A DNA stretch of 64,000 nucleotides, from contig BFEA01000022.1 in NCBI GenBank assembly GCA_003427395.1, positions 193,486-257,485 on the forward strand, written 5' to 3'. Below the pieces are notes generated by a model. That model saw only the letters and a list, made by a program, of their open reading frames with translations, was not told where the DNA came from and ran no database searches. Source of the stretch: Chara braunii (lineage: Eukaryota > Plantae > Charophyceae). Position 1 is the first letter of the stretch, and every line of letters begins with the position of its first letter. The position numbers were made by a program, and so were the translations under genes. Positions 25,400 through 39,332 of this stretch are shown one piece after another.

Positions 25400-28300
25400 T
25401 CTCTCGTGAACCATCGCATCGGCCTTCTTTTGGATTCGTATGACGCCTGAATTTGACCCTGCATTCCCTCTTGGGTTTCGACGGTCTTCCTCCGCCCACA
25501 GGCTTAGAAACAGGCATGTCTCTGTGCTCCAAAATGTGTCGTCAACATCCACATGGCCATCCATGGTTGGGGGGGCAACATTGATCTTCTTGATGGGAAT
25601 TGTTGTGTTTCAGCGAAAGGTGCAAGCTTCGAGGTGTGAAACACAGGGTAAGTGCGCAAGTGACCAGGGATTCAAATCACTTACGAGAGACCATCCTCTT
25701 CACTACCCACAATATCGAAGACTTCCCAAGGACCGAAGTATTGAGGCATTAGTTTCCTAGATATGCCGAATCCCTGTCCTAACTCACTAGACTTAACCCA
25801 AACACGTTCCGCTACCTGAAATGTGGACTGCCGTCGATGTTTGTTCTCCGAAGCAATCATTGCTTCTTAAGATTTCTTGATGTGTTCGACAGTTTGCTGC
25901 AGCAATTTCTCATAATGGACACCAAATTCAATGGTTCTAGGAGTTGTTGCAGATCGGTTTTCAGGGAGGAGGAAGTCTAGAGCAGATCTAGGCTTCCATC
26001 CTAGATGCAGCTGATTCGGGCTGACACCAGTGCTGTTGTGCACAACATTGTTGTACAATCTGGAGATGAGAGGTAGCTTTTCATCCAGTCATCATGGCTG
26101 GGCTTAATGTAATGCCTCAGCAGATGCTGCACCACTCGGTTCATCTGTTCAGCTTGCCCGTTGGCTTCGAGATGATTCCCAAAAGTGATCTGGAGTTGGT
26201 TGCCCATCTGTTCTGGAGCCTTCTTCCACATTTCACTGGTGAAACGAACATCTTTGTCACTAACAATAATCTTTGGTAGTCCAAAGTTATGCACCTCGTA
26301 GATGTATCTGGTCTCAAGCTAAGTCGACATACATCCAGGGGGTCCAGCATTTTAAGAACGTTGGACCCTCAAAAGCAGCAAATTTGGACGAGTTTTCAGC
26401 CAAAAAACTCGGTTTTAATTTCGTTCAAAAAATAAAAAATGTCCATTTTGACGAAATTGTAGTTCTAGCGTACTTAGTAAACCTATCAACTATGACGAAG
26501 ATATGCCTCTTGCCACTCTTGCTGGTCACGAGGGTATCCACGAAATCCATGGAGACAATTTGTTTCGGACCAGCAGGAATGGGCAAGGGCTTAAGCAACC
26601 CAAGTTGAGCTTGAGTTTGTGGCTTGCCCCACTCACAGACTTGACAAGTCTGAACGTACTGTTTCGCTTCGTCTAGCATACCAGGCCACCAAAATCATTG
26701 TACCAGATTTGCACTAGTCTTCTTATAGCCAAAATGTCCCATTGCATCATGACATTCTCCTAAAAACGAACTAGAACAAAATTTCACTAGCTGGAACAAC
26801 TAATACTTTAAGCCCTGCCTTTTCAAGAAAGAGTAACCCATCCACGATCACAAAATCATCAGATGTGGCCTTGTCTCGGGCCTGAAGTTTGCGTATGGTG
26901 TCCATCATGACGGGGTCTTCCTTGTAGGCTTCCACCATCGACCGATTAACATTGTCAAATAAGCCAAACTCAGTTATTAGCGCACCTAGGTAGTCTTCCC
27001 TTCGTGACAATGCATTAACAACCTTGTTGTACTCTCCCTTCACATAATCTAGTTTGAAGTCATTTTGATCTACGACCTCAATCCAGGATTTGAGAGCATC
27101 GGAGAGGACATGTTGTGTCTTGATCCACTTGAGTGTCTGATGGTCAGTTCTCAAATAGAAAAACCTTCCCAACAGATAGTGTCTCCAATGGACAAGTGTT
27201 TTGCATAGGGCACAAAGTTCCCTTTCATAGGTGGACTTCGCCAACTTCTTTGATGGCATCTTTTTACTCATGTACTCGACCGACCTCAACTTCTTCCCTT
27301 CCTGTTGAGCCAGCACTGCGCCAATGCCATATTGGCTTGCGTTAGTGGTCACAACGAATGACTTCTCAGGATCAGGAACCATGATAACCTCATGGTGCGT
27401 GAGAGCATGCTTCAGTTGCTTGAAAGCATCTTCGCACTCGTTTGTCCATTCCCATGGTGTGTCGAGGCGAGTTACATCAGTCAAGGGGCTGACCACCATG
27501 CTGTAGTTCTTTACAAAATTATGGTAGTAGCCAGTCATCCCTAAGAAAGGTCTGACCTCGGTCACAGACTGAGGTCAAGGCTACACTAGTCACGAATGCT
27601 AACCACCTTTGCATCTTTGGGCCTTATCCCATCCGCGGATATCTCATGACCCAAGTACAAGATTTTAGTGTGACCGAACTCACATTTCTCTAAGTTAATG
27701 TTACACTTGTGTTGTCGAAGGAGTGAAAGTACCCTTTCTAGATATTGAGCATGCTCCTCAACAATTTTACTAAAGATAAGTATGTCGTCGAGGTACACGA
27801 CGATGAACTTATCCAAGTAGTCATGGGATACCCTATTCATGGCCTGCTGGAATATACCCGGTCCATTGCAAAGGTCAAACGACATCACCACAAACTCGTA
27901 CAGTCCATACCTGGTCTGAAATGTGGTTTTGTGAGCTGGTCCTCTGGTCTAATGGCAATCTGATGGTAGTCGGATTTTAAGTCTGTCTTAGTAGATGTGT
28001 GGTAGAGGCTGTGCGTTCTTTACAATGATGACATTCAGTGTCCCCCCCTTCTCAAGGAGAAATAGGACTGGTGAGCCGAAGGGGGAGGTACTAGGCCATA
28101 TCCAACCCTTCTTTGTGAGCTTTTTCAGTTGTCGCCTAAGTTCGTCTAACTCGGCCAATGCCATCCTATAGATCCTCCTTTGGCCTTCTTGCTCCCATGA
28201 ACTATCTCAATGGCATGGACAAACTCCCTTTCTACAACTCCTGAAGGCTCCTCAAACAGATCAAGGTATCTTGCGACAACGTTTTCGATCTTTGGGGGTG

Positions 28301-29030
28301 TTTTAACGGCCTCCCCTTTCTCAGAGACAAAAACAGTACATACCCTCCTCTTGGTTCTGTTTATAGTAACTATAAAATGCTAATGCACACATACACCCGT
28401 AAGTGTTTATTGGACTGCTAGCCTTATACTTTGCACATCACTGTCCTCCCTTCCGGTAGTACATGTTTGAGCACCTTTCGGTCCCAGTCAAACTGGGCCT
28501 TTGCAACCTCGAGGTAGTACATACCTAACAATATGTCGAATGGCAAACCTTCGCTAACAAGGAACGAAATCCTATGATTCAGTTCCCCACCTCCATAATA
28601 GAAGGGGCATACTATATCCTTGATGTAGTCATTTACTACCATGCACTCTTTGTTGGCTAGGGTAGATGCAACAGATCTACTCAAGCGATGCGCCCGGTCC
28701 CGTAGGTGCAGTCTCTCAATGCAGTGACAACTTATGAAGTTCTGCGTGGAGCCGATGTCCACGAAGGCACCACACTTGTGGTCACCTACACCAACTTCCA
28801 CAATGAAGTGCTCCCCTCTAGGACCTCTTCACAGTGCCACCCAAGACTCACTGAGGGTCCCTTGCCGACCACTCGGTTTCTAAGTCTTCTAAGGCTTGAG
28901 ACACATCCAACGAATAGAGAGTCGTTTGGTCTAGATGTGTCTGCGGGGTGACTAAAGAGTCAATAGCTTCGGCCATCCCTTGAAGTGGTGAAGGTGTACC
29001 AACCAGTTCGTCTTGAGTAGAAGCAACTAT
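25400..29030 (-). pseudogene. pol (PR, RT, RH, INT, chromodomain remnant) with stops, frameshifts and deletions
   Basis: 'AFVDIGSTQNFIS', 'VYLDDILIFS', 'VTTNASQYGIGAVL', 'CQVC...IVSMDFVD', 'ANGQAEQMN'. Confidence 0.93.
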
Positions 29031-29035
29031 AACTT

Positions 29036-30950
29036 CTACTGGCCAGATGTGTTTCCCGAGTTCGTACTCGTAGATGCACCATTCTGGGCGAAAGATCCCC
29101 CCAAACCACCTTTGGGAGCGATCTTTTCTGAGACCTTCGCATTCTTGCACTTAAATTGTTGTTGACCATACTCACTGCAATTAATGCAAGCCCCTTGCGA
29201 ATATCTGTCCCTCCACACATCTTGATCCAGACCAGACCTCACCCAAGCTGGAGTCTTGGTTGAGTTCTGAGTCTGCCCCTAACTCTTTTGTTGCCCGCCC
29301 TTCCCGCGGCCAACTGCCTTTCCTTTTGTTGCTACCCTCTGCACTATCATCTCTGTCTCCTCCACAAGTTCAGAAAGGTCTCCGATCTCGGTTTGATTCC
29401 CTTTGGAATCAACCATCATCAAACGACTTCCCTTCTTCTTCCACTCTTGTGGAGGCTTCTTCTTTCTTTTGTCCACAGCTAACTACCGAGCCCCTCCTAA
29501 CTTGGCCCCCAACGCCTTGTTGCTAAAGGTCTCAAGGGTGTGATACTCAATGCTTGCCTCACTAACCAACAAATTCTTGATGTATGTGGGAAGACATCTC
29601 AAGAACATGGTTGGGAGGACTTGGGGATCATACCGAACTCCCGACATTACTACCAATTTCCCTACGGCACTAGTGAGTTCCCGCACAGTCTTGTACTTTC
29701 TAGTATCAAGACGGGTCAACATGTTAGCGACTTGTTGAGCCTGTCGAGGGTTGTGCAATCGTGCCTCAACTAAGTCCATAAAGCTTTCTAAAGTCTGGGC
29801 CTGCGCCCAGTCATTCATTTGCGTGGCAAAACCCCCTTTGTCGCTATATACCCATTCAACCATCTTGTCGCCGAACCTTCTAAGTAAGAAGCGACAGTGA
29901 TCACCTTCTCCTCAAGCAGTGTTCGGTTGGCCCTCACCCACAATGGAACTGTCCTCAACCAAGCGTCGAGGGCCTCATCCGTCTTGTCTCCTGTAAAGAC
30001 AGTTGGGGGTTTCATTGGGGTCTTAGGATACCAACGTTGTTGTGGTCCAGTCGATGACTGAATCACCTGCTGCCCTGGAGCTACAGCAGCTGGACTTGAA
30101 GATGAAGAAGCTACAGCCTGCGTTCCTGCTGCTGACGTACCACCTAGTGGGACACCGAATTGCGGAACAAAGGGGCCTGATATCGCTTGCAAAGGAACCG
30201 GCGATGTATAGACTGGTTGCGTCCTAATACTTGGCCCGCTAGGTATGGAGGGTAGCAGTCCTCCCCTTCCCTGCACTGCCTTCAGTATCTGGTCAAGGGT
30301 TGACTGGATTTCATCCAGTCGACTGTCAAGATACTCATTCATGTTTAATAGGTTCAACCGGAAAATCTTTCCTAGATCATCCAAGGTCGAATCATCTACC
30401 CTCTCCAATGCAGCCTTGTCTGCCTCCCTGCTCTCCAATCTGGATTTGCGGTTTATGATATGATCTTGTCTTATAGTAGCTTCCCTAAGTTGCTTCTGTA
30501 AATGAATGTCGAGTAACTCTACCTGTTGGAGTTCTAACTCCTCTCTAGTGGGTTGAGGTGGTGGCTGGCTGTATTGCGAACCAGCCATCTGACTGGTGTA
30601 GGGTCCTGCATTTGTCCCATTAGTTGAGACAAAGGACATGGCGAAAGTTCCTGACGTCTGCTGACCTTGGGAGGTCGCTGCTGAAGTAGCCATAGCTTCA
30701 ACACTTGGTGTTGCCTCTGCTAAAGCACGCTCTGCGGCTGCTGCCTCCCTATCGGTTTGGCAAATGTCGGGCGCTTGCTTTGGCCCCAAACCTTCTTTCA
30801 TCCCTGGTAGCAGAACCTGAAACACTACGGGAAATCTATGTCTCCCGTCGTGTTTCTCCTATCATCAGCTTCTCCTTCCTCACTTCCTGTTCCGCTCATC
30901 AGCTAGGCAGTCCATTGTCTGCACTAGTGCCCTCACTGGGGCCTACCACA
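29036..30950 (-). pseudogene. gag, disrupted
   Basis: 'KPPTVFTGDKTDEALDAWLRTVP', 'ASYLEGSATRWL', and a degenerate knuckle CINCSEYGQQQFKC. Homologous to 49340-51136. Confidence 0.88.
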
Positions 30951-32154
30951 GCATGTCTGACCGGGTTGAAAAATAATTAAAAATAAATTAATATTCGGTA
31001 AGTAACCTAGACTACCATTTAAGTAGTGTCAACAACATTTACACAGACTGTTCACATGTCTATTCCTACCTTGACTAGTTTCACTCACAGCAGCGTCGGA
31101 AAGAACTGGCTATGGTAGAACACTACAGTTCTAGTCTAAAATGTCTGTTAGATGTTAGCAGTTTGTCCACCAACTAATCAAAATAAAAATAAATCATATA
31201 AGCAGATGTATGCACAATGGGTATGGTTGTGATTTTTAGTTGAGCATCAATTGGAATCTCCCTTCCCCTGTATCCAACGTACATGTCCCCATCATCAAGC
31301 AGCAGTGTCTAAGGTGTGCATTCATGGCCCACCCCTGTGCCCAGGAATTCGCCTATGACCGGTACTGCCCTTTCTTTATCCTCGCGTGCAACGAGCCTTA
31401 CGTCTTATTGATCTGGCTGATCAAGAGGCAATTTAAGGACAGCCCCCAAGGTCCTCCGGAATTATTTAATATCGCAAACAGCACAGCGATCACAGGCAGT
31501 GGACAGTTCAGATCCCCGCCAAAAATATTTATAGACGGTCCGGTAAGCGTCTGCATAGGACTGGTCAGTCCACAATCCCTCTGTCAGCGCAGCAAAAAGC
31601 CTCAAAGGACAAAGCAGCATGGCCTGCGTGTACTACTCCCATGGCTTGGCATGGTGACCGTGACCCGTGCTTCGACCAGGGCCCTTCAAAGGCACCGCCC
31701 TGTCCTGCCGGATGCGCCACCGGAGAGAATGTCGTCTCTCGAGGTAGAGTGCTCACAACTCCTCACTGAAGAGAGGACACTCAAGTTTGGACTCACTTCC
31801 TCACAGTAAGAAGAGATTGAGAGGGAAGATAAGGTAAGGGAACAACGTACCTGGAGATAGCTGCCCCCAACCACAAATTTCTCACCAATTGAGCCAATGT
31901 GCATTTCGATGACCGGTTGTAGCTTCATAACCACCCACAGCGCAATGTAGTGCCACCTCAGCCAAAATGCCACATCAGCATGCTTTGATCATCACACATA
32001 CATCCGATGTCACCACAGCTCTCACGCTTTCGTCACAACCTTCTTGTGACTCACCTCTCTACCCGGGTGTCGCACTATTAAGCCAGCGCCAATGTATACA
32101 CACAAGCATCGTCAATGCACCAAGTAACAATGTCGCCAGCGCTAGATGAAGCGA

Positions 32155-32215
<61 letters not shown>

Positions 32216-33532
32216 CAGGACAAGGCTCCAATCTATTCGTGCGGAGGAGCACGTGCTGAGAACCGGGCCCAGCGTCCCATATGGAAATTTATGTAGAATT
32301 TTGAAAGTTTGAGATACCCGGGCCACTACCTTGCGCGACTCAGAAAATTACTACTACAAACTTCAGAAAAAAGGTCTGGCTACAACAAAACACACCACCA
32401 CAGAGGTCCTACAAATGCCAAAAACCCTGTGGATCCCTAGCAACCCTTCTAAAGCTCTCCAGCGCTGACTTACTCCCGTCCCTGTCGAGCTCTTCCAAGC
32501 CTCGCACCCCCACCCTGCTGGGTTACAGGGCAACACGACTCACCCCAGCTCCGACCAGCGTCGTCCCAGCAACAACCCTTGGTTGTCCCTTGGAATGCCC
32601 AACCCAAAGCATCCCCAGATAGCTCTACCAGGCCTCACACTCCTGCATCAGCAGGTTACAGGGCAACACCCCAGCACCGGCCAGCGTCGTCCTGACATCG
32701 AACAGGCGCACATCACTGAGTATATCAGCAATGGACCCATCTAAGATGAGTTGCTAGGAGCCCCAGAATCCTAAATCATTCTTAAGAACCCCCTTGGCAA
32801 CCATGAACAACCAACCAAACCTTGGATCTTAGGAACATTCAGACTGAAAAACCACCTGCCTTAGTGCTTTCAGCAGCCCAACCCTATCTGCCTCCCCAAA
32901 ATGTCCCGATACTCAATCTCTACCAGGCCTCACACCCCCAACTGCTAGGTTACAGAGTGGCACGACCGACCCCAGAAACCCCCCACCTGCTAGGCTACAG
33001 GGCAAAGCAACCCGCCCCGGCTCCGGCCAGCGTCGACTGAGTACCAGCTCGCCAATAGACACTAGAGTGCATTCCACCCTCGACAACTCGCCAGATCTCT
33101 CTACCAGGTCTCAGACCCCCGTGCAGCTCGAGTTACAGGGCAGCGCGACCAAGCCCCAACACCAACGGTGTTCTGGCCTCGTCCATTCGCAAACCATCGG
33201 GAGCAAGGACATCAGCAGATAGCAGCCAAGCCCCAATCATCACCCTAGATGTAGTTCCGATCATCCAGCTCCTCCAGGCATTGGTTGCATCAAGTGACAC
33301 TATTCCTTTTCAACCCTACTCCGGCAAGACTTACCGCGGTAGAGCCACGATCTCCACCGCCACTGTGCCCTATTTCCACCCTACAGGCTGACCCCTTCGC
33401 CGCAGAGCGCATTATTTCCAACCATCGCAGCCCACACAACCCACTGCAACCAGCACCAAACTTATGAAGATTCCCAATAGAAATTTTGAAGGCTTCATGA
33501 GACTCAGATGCACAAAAATGACCTTCGATCGC

Positions 33533-33550
33533 GAACCAGCTCCAATACCA
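33533..33550 (-). promoter_or_regulatory. Primer-binding site, tRNA-iMet type
   Basis: Minus strand TGGTATTGGAGCTGGTTC, 3 nt after the 5' LTR. Confidence 0.8.
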
Positions 33551-33553
33551 AAT

Positions 33554-34714
33554 TGCATGGAATATGAACAAGAGGGATATACAGAAAACCAATGCAAAAT
33601 CACGCAGAAGTCCAGATAGTCATGTAACAAGCAGAGAGCTCAAATGCACCAAGATTCCATCCAAATAAGAGCAATACAATGAACTCGTGAGCCAACGTTC
33701 AAGTCCTCAGGCCACACCACCGCAGTATTCAATGTCGGTCCTCTTGTCTGGCGCCCAGCGCCCCGCCTACTCTACCCGTCCTACCTAGCCTATCTACGTT
33801 AATGCAATAGGCTCACTTCGACTTTGAAGACCAATATACATGACGTCAACACCAATGCCGACCTCCCACATACACCAGGTACGTACTCTCGACTCCCCTC
33901 ATCATCCCGTCCCCCACACCTCATGCGCCTCCTACCCGAAGACCACCTTTGCCTCCTACTGCCCTCACGCCCTGCAGCGCCCCTCACCACTCAACGCCCG
34001 CACGCACCCCAGCCAGCATCAGCGCAAGCAGACACTTGTGCGCTATCACAGCAGCGTGTCCTCATTGCCTGCCTAGGCCAGACTGCCCAAGACTGGCAGG
34101 CCTCCTCCCTATATGCGAGATGTGCTGCTGCTGGTCTGTCTGGGCCTGGCCATGGAAGCTTCCAGTAGCTTCTTGTTCGGGCCCAGTATCTGCGCCCAGG
34201 CCCATCTCTGCAGTTGAGGGCCTGGGCCCTTTACAGTTGGGCACACCCAGAATTATCCAGGCTCCGAATGTCTGCCGTGCTTGTACTGGCCCACGGACAG
34301 ATGTGACGACAACGCGCCATTCTCATTGGCCTGTAGCCACTTCGTCATATGTTGGCCTCAGTGGTTAATGGGGTTAACTGTTTTCAATGCTGAAATCAGT
34401 TTTTTTTCGCCAAAATTTTCATTTTTTTGTATTTTTTTTTTTTTACCAGTGCCCAGGGGGCAACCACCTGCATCCTGGGCTCAACGGCCTGACGCAGCTG
34501 CTGCTGCTGGAAGTGCCCAGGGTGAGGCCCAGGTTGCACGTCAACCAACTGGCGTTAGCAACTGTCTGAGACCCTCATTGGAAAATGCTGACATAAGGGC
34601 TTATCGTGAATATTCAGGCCCGCCTTCACTTAGGGTGAGCACGAGGCTTGCTGGGGGCCACAGTGCAGGACATATGCATGCTGTCTAGGGCCCCCTGAGG
34701 ACACGTTCCTCACA
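33554..34714 (-). repeat. 5' LTR
   Basis: TGTGAGGAAC...CCATGCA on minus, followed by the PBS. Confidence 0.92.
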
Positions 34715-35236
34715 GACATTAAATAAAAAAAAAAGAAGAAGAAAAAAAAAACTGATAAAAACTTGGAACGAAAAATGTTGCATAAACGGATGAGAGACTT
34801 CTGCCTTGCACCTCTTGCCAAAAGTCCTACCTTTGAATCTACATCCACCAAAAGTCCTGCCTTGGACAAAAAACGTATAAAATACAAAAAAAATATGGAA
34901 AATATAACCTGTTTCAACTGCAACTGGCAACTGGCAACTGGCAACTGGCAGAAAAAATAGTGGTGTCCAAGACTGCAAGCACACATTGCAGAAGTGTAAG
35001 TTTTGGGTTCCGCTTCTGCTACACGCGCAGAAGTTATCTTACTCTGACCGCACCTGCGAGCAGGCTCTGCTTGTTTGATTTTTCCTGAAAAGGAATGTTC
35101 CTGACACAATCATGCAGAACCATCGCCAGAGTCCTCATCAGCAAAAGGGCTCGAACTTCTGGCACAGGGCCCAACATAGGTCATTCATTCTGGTCGCAGA
35201 GGGACCGCCATCTCAAAGATGTGGTGTACCCGCCCG

Positions 35237-35420
35237 TTGAATCCCTCTCCTCGACAAAGCGTCCGGCATGGAAGCTTGATATAAGGAGTGAAGTAATCAA
35301 TGCCGTCACAGGCACCGCTATCTCAAAAATCTGGTGTCCCCATTGAATCCCTTTCCTTGACAAAGCGTCCGGCATGGAAGCTTGATATATGGAGTGAACT
35401 CAGTGAAGTAATCAATGTCG
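35237..35420. repeat. Short direct duplication (~65 bp)
   Basis: TTGAATCCCT...GACAAAGCGTCCGGCATGGAAGCTTGATAT..GGAGTGAA occurs twice. Confidence 0.85.
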
Positions 35421-35934
35421 TCCTTCGGGCCTTCCCACCATGAGGGGGACGAGCGTATGTGAGAACTCGTTGTATCTTTTTCTGACTTGCCGATGGAATA
35501 GGAACCGGACTGATGCTCCCCAGAATGGAAAAGGAGGCAGAGCCATTGAGTTTTTTCTTTTTTTTTGGGTAAGGATATGGAGTGAAGTCCTGTGACCACA
35601 GAGGCCACGCGAAGCATAAGAAGAACAGCAATCATCCCCTCGATTCCTGGAGACTTTACTCATAGTCAACGACCCCATGTGAATATCATATGCCTGACTT
35701 GTGACATCAGCGGATCGTTGATGTTGGTTCGTTTTATTAAAAGGCATATCCTGTGATCGGCCGTGTTGTCTACTGAAGGAGTGGGATGTATGCAATTAGG
35801 GCTGAATGAATAATGGTAATGCAAAATACCAAACAACTAGGCTCTCCTTCACCCGTCCACTTGCCACAGTGGTGGCCATCATTGACACCACGCTATATTG
35901 GAAATTACGAATGGAATGCTATGAATGATATTAA

Positions 35935-36006
35935 TAATGGTGTGAATGGTGTGAATGGTGTGAATGGTGTCAATTGTGTGAATGGTATGAAATTACTATG
36001 AATGGT
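35935..36006. repeat. (AATGGTGTG)n 9-mer minisatellite
   Basis: Directly visible. Confidence 0.85.
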
Positions 36007-37959
36007 AAAGCAATAATAAATACTTACACCCTGTGATTGCTACGATTCCATGTTGAGAGTATCAACTGTCAGCCTTTAGATAAGCACAGGCCAATCATTC
36101 TCAGGAACCAACCAAGCACTCAATACTGCTCATGTGCTTCAATGGGACGCTGGACCTGCTTTCCAGCAGGTGATGCTCCTCGCCAATAGATGGAGTGGCC
36201 CAGCATGACTGCTAGGGGAGGCTGCTCATATCACCTACCCTAGCCGACCAAGCTAGGCCTTCTCTTAAGCAAACACACACACACAAAAAAAAAGAGGCTT
36301 TATACGCCTTCAAGGCTTCAAGCGAATACGATCTCGTCCCTGGGGTTCATTTCTTCAGTGAGCAAATTGATCCACAGCTTGTCCTTACATCTCACCATAT
36401 TTTGCAGTATCAGAGGAAGCTAAGCCACTTGCTAGGGGCAGGGGCTGTTCAGGGGTGTTTACCTACTCCACTGCACCTGATTTTTTGCCCCCGTAAAAAA
36501 ATTGAGTCATATCATCCCATGCTGTGCCGTTTCTCGCACTCTGGACAACGGACCGCTCATGCCCGTAACTCCTCATTTCTTTTATTTTCAGAGGCAGCAA
36601 CTTCTCTGGTCGCAAAGAGTACAAGCCGCTAATCCCACAAACAAATCACACTTAGCCATGTTGACCAACAAACCCACAGGTCAAGGCTAAGGCAAAGGCT
36701 TCAAGGATCCTCAAAAATCCTCCGTCTTCCCAGAGACCAGAGAGCAGTGGTTAACTCCCATCTGCGCCACAAGGAGCTGGAGTACCACAAGAAGGTTTAG
36801 TCATATTGGTATCTTATGAATCTACATCCACCAAAACGTGCCACTTTTCCCAATTTTTTTCTTGCCTGGGCAGCGTGCACACCTCAGGTAGAAGGGGACA
36901 TAAATATCAGTGTTCGAAGGGGACATAAATATCAGTGTTCTTGCCCGGGCATAGCCCACGCTGCAGGTAGAAGGACACAAATAATCAGCAAGCGAGTGCC
37001 ATACAAGGAGTGCCTCTTCCTGCACCACTCTTGTAGCGTTGGGATCCACAGAATCTCTTAGAATCTAGACTCAGAATTTCTTCTCACAAATCTCACACCT
37101 CGCTAACCCATTCCTTTTTTTTCATATTTTTTTTTCAGACAACCAGTCTAGCTGTTAGGAGGGGTGATGCCCATTCCTTCCAGTCCTCCTTGTAATCTTG
37201 TCAGGCCCCATGCTACCACCTAAGCAATCAACCACGAGCCAAACAAGTTGTAGTCCACCCCACAGAAACTATAGTAAGTAGCCATGGCTAGATCACAGGA
37301 ACCCTCTTCCTCCTTGCCACCGGTGGCAGTCTGGCAAAGCAGCCGTCAGCCTTGAGGAGATTTCATTTCATGGCCTAGGAAAATTCCGGAGGCTCGGTGC
37401 TGCCAGACCACAATGGCTGGCAGCGCCAACCAAAAAGGCAAAAAGCGCAGTGCTGGCGGGTAAGCAAAGCCTGGCGCGCAGTGCGGTGCTGCCCCGCCCG
37501 GGATCGGTGGTTTAAGATCAGGCATAACTGGACTATGTCAATATATCTAATCTCCCAAAATGTCATCCTATTATCATAACTTAAGTTGACCACCATTTCG
37601 GTCGAAAAAATGTCAGAGTCCCCTTACACAAACCACGACGTAGTCCAGTCACACCTGGTCACCAACATGAGCTTGAAATTATATTATTGGCCTATGTGGT
37701 CTTGATAACTACTTGCGCTAAGTACCAGACGTTTTAAACCACCATACTGGGCCCAGCTATCGGCCGTCATGGTGGAAAAATATAGAGTAGAACCGTTTCT
37801 AGTCGGATGAATTTGGGTGCTCCTGTAGTGACCCGTACATTTCCTAAAATCGTGGCTTGTTAACCGGCATGGTTTTTTTTGAAGTACTGGTGGTTTAAGG
37901 GCTGGGAAAGTTAAATACGTACACTTCGAAATGTTTCTCTGTCTGTGTCTCTCGCTGGT

Positions 37960-38259
37960 TTAGTGAGTCACAAATTTGAAGGAACAAAGAAGTGCTGCTC
38001 CCATCGGTTCGCCCTTCTTGCTGAGTAGGGGAACCACACGCACTCCTGGCCGTAGCTCACCGATGGGGAAGCAAGCTTGCCCAGCGAAGTCATCTTTGTG
38101 CAGTGTGTCTTCGTCCCATGCCTCAAAGAACAGCAGTGCCAGCTCAGGCACTGCCAGAGGGAAGCTGAAGGTCTGCTGCTCCCAATTTGGGCGCCGGGTT
38201 CTGTGCCGTGCTTCAGTCTTGGCCTTCTTCCTGTCGCATGGGACACCAATTGTCTTGAT
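37960..38259 (-). CDS. PLC: Phosphoinositide-specific phospholipase C, last exon (C2 domain to stop)
   Basis: After a TTTTGCAG acceptor it reads IKTIGVPCDRKKAKT...PNWEQQTFSFPLAVPELALLFFEAWDEDTLHKDDFAGQACFPIGELRPGVRVVPLLSKKGE...FKFVTH*. This matches the plant PI-PLC C2 signature (FPL-VPELALL, KDDF-GQ-C-P--EL--G-R--PL----G). Confidence 0.93.
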   Translation of the reverse strand: MKTIGVPCDRKKAKTEARHRTRRPNWEQQTFSFPLAVPELALLFFEAWDEDTLHKDDFAGQACFPIGELRPGVRVVPLLSKKGEPMGAALLCSFKFVTH

Positions 38260-38944
38260 CTGCAAAATGTTGCAGTTGGATTTGGATATGGGCAAACATC
38301 GTTCAGGAAGATGGGAAAAGACGAATCAGGAGGGGGATAGGTGCCAGACAGACCCAAGGATCAGATGTTCAATTCGTTCATTTGGAAAATTGTAAGTGTA
38401 TATTGTTTGGCTGCATTATGGACGATTATGAAACAGAGTGCTCTGTTTTCTCAAGGACGTTTTGCCATTTAACACAGAGCCCAGAAAGGCACCGAATACC
38501 ACAAATGACCGACTGAATGCCTGATTCATTGAATACATGGGTGACCCTTATCTGGTCACTTACTCTGGAAGCCCACTTTCTGACAAACAAAATGCGTCCC
38601 GCGTTAGGGGTAGAAGTAATTGATAGGGTAGTTTAGGACAAAGGGAATCTGAAGGGTTCCGCTGACCCGCTGTAGAGGCAGTGCTCAGAGTAGTTTGGGG
38701 TTAACAGGACTTAGGCAACAGGGGGTTAGTAGTAGGACTCGTAGGCTAGGGTAGGATACAATAGGCTAGCTTGTAGGCAATGAGCAGCCCAGAGTCGCGT
38801 CCCAAGAATGGCCGTGAGCCACTCAGGGTCTACCCTGTAAGCTAAGCTGGATGATGGTGACAGACTTTTTCATCTGGGTTGTTTGAGAGGTTCTTAGGCC
38901 TCGTTTCCAAGTATGCAATGAAATGATGAAGGCGAATTGAAAAA

Positions 38945-38974
<30 letters not shown>

Positions 38975-38984
<10 letters not shown>

Positions 38985-39195
38985 AAAGAAACAAGAGTTA
39001 ATACTGAAATATTCTGGCACACTGATACATAGATTCAAAGCAATCGGGAGAAGGGGAAAGAGAGAGAGAGGCCCCAAATTCAAAAAAAAAAAAACGAAAG
39101 AAAAAAAGAAACAAGAGTTGATACTGAAGTATTCTGACACACTGATACATAGATTCAAAGCAATTGGGAGAAAGGGAAAGAAAGTGAGAGGCTCC
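38975..39195. repeat. ~120-bp tandem duplication next to (GAAA)n
   Basis: AAACAAGAGTT(A/G)ATACTGAA...CACACTGATACATAGATTCAAAGCAAT occurs twice. Confidence 0.88.
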
Positions 39196-39332
39196 GGGTC
39201 TGGAATGGATGGACACCTAGATAGAAAGATAATACAAAACCAGCTGTCGTGGACTTCACATATCACAGCAAAAAACACCCAATGTCGTTGATGCAAAAAA
39301 CCCACCAGCGCTCAGACCTTTTGTCCTGCTGC

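Larger units (their letters stand above)
24190..34714 (-). mobile_element. Full-length decayed Ty3/gypsy chromovirus (~10.5 kb)
   Basis: Two TG...CA LTRs, PBS, PPT and gag-PR-RT-RH-INT. Flanks GATA/GACA may be a 4-bp TSD with one mismatch. Confidence 0.93.

Noticed and set aside
37960-38295. PLC fragment starting at the Met given in the ORF track
   Set aside because: The first 12 residues are intronic. The exon begins after the CAG acceptor, at 38259.
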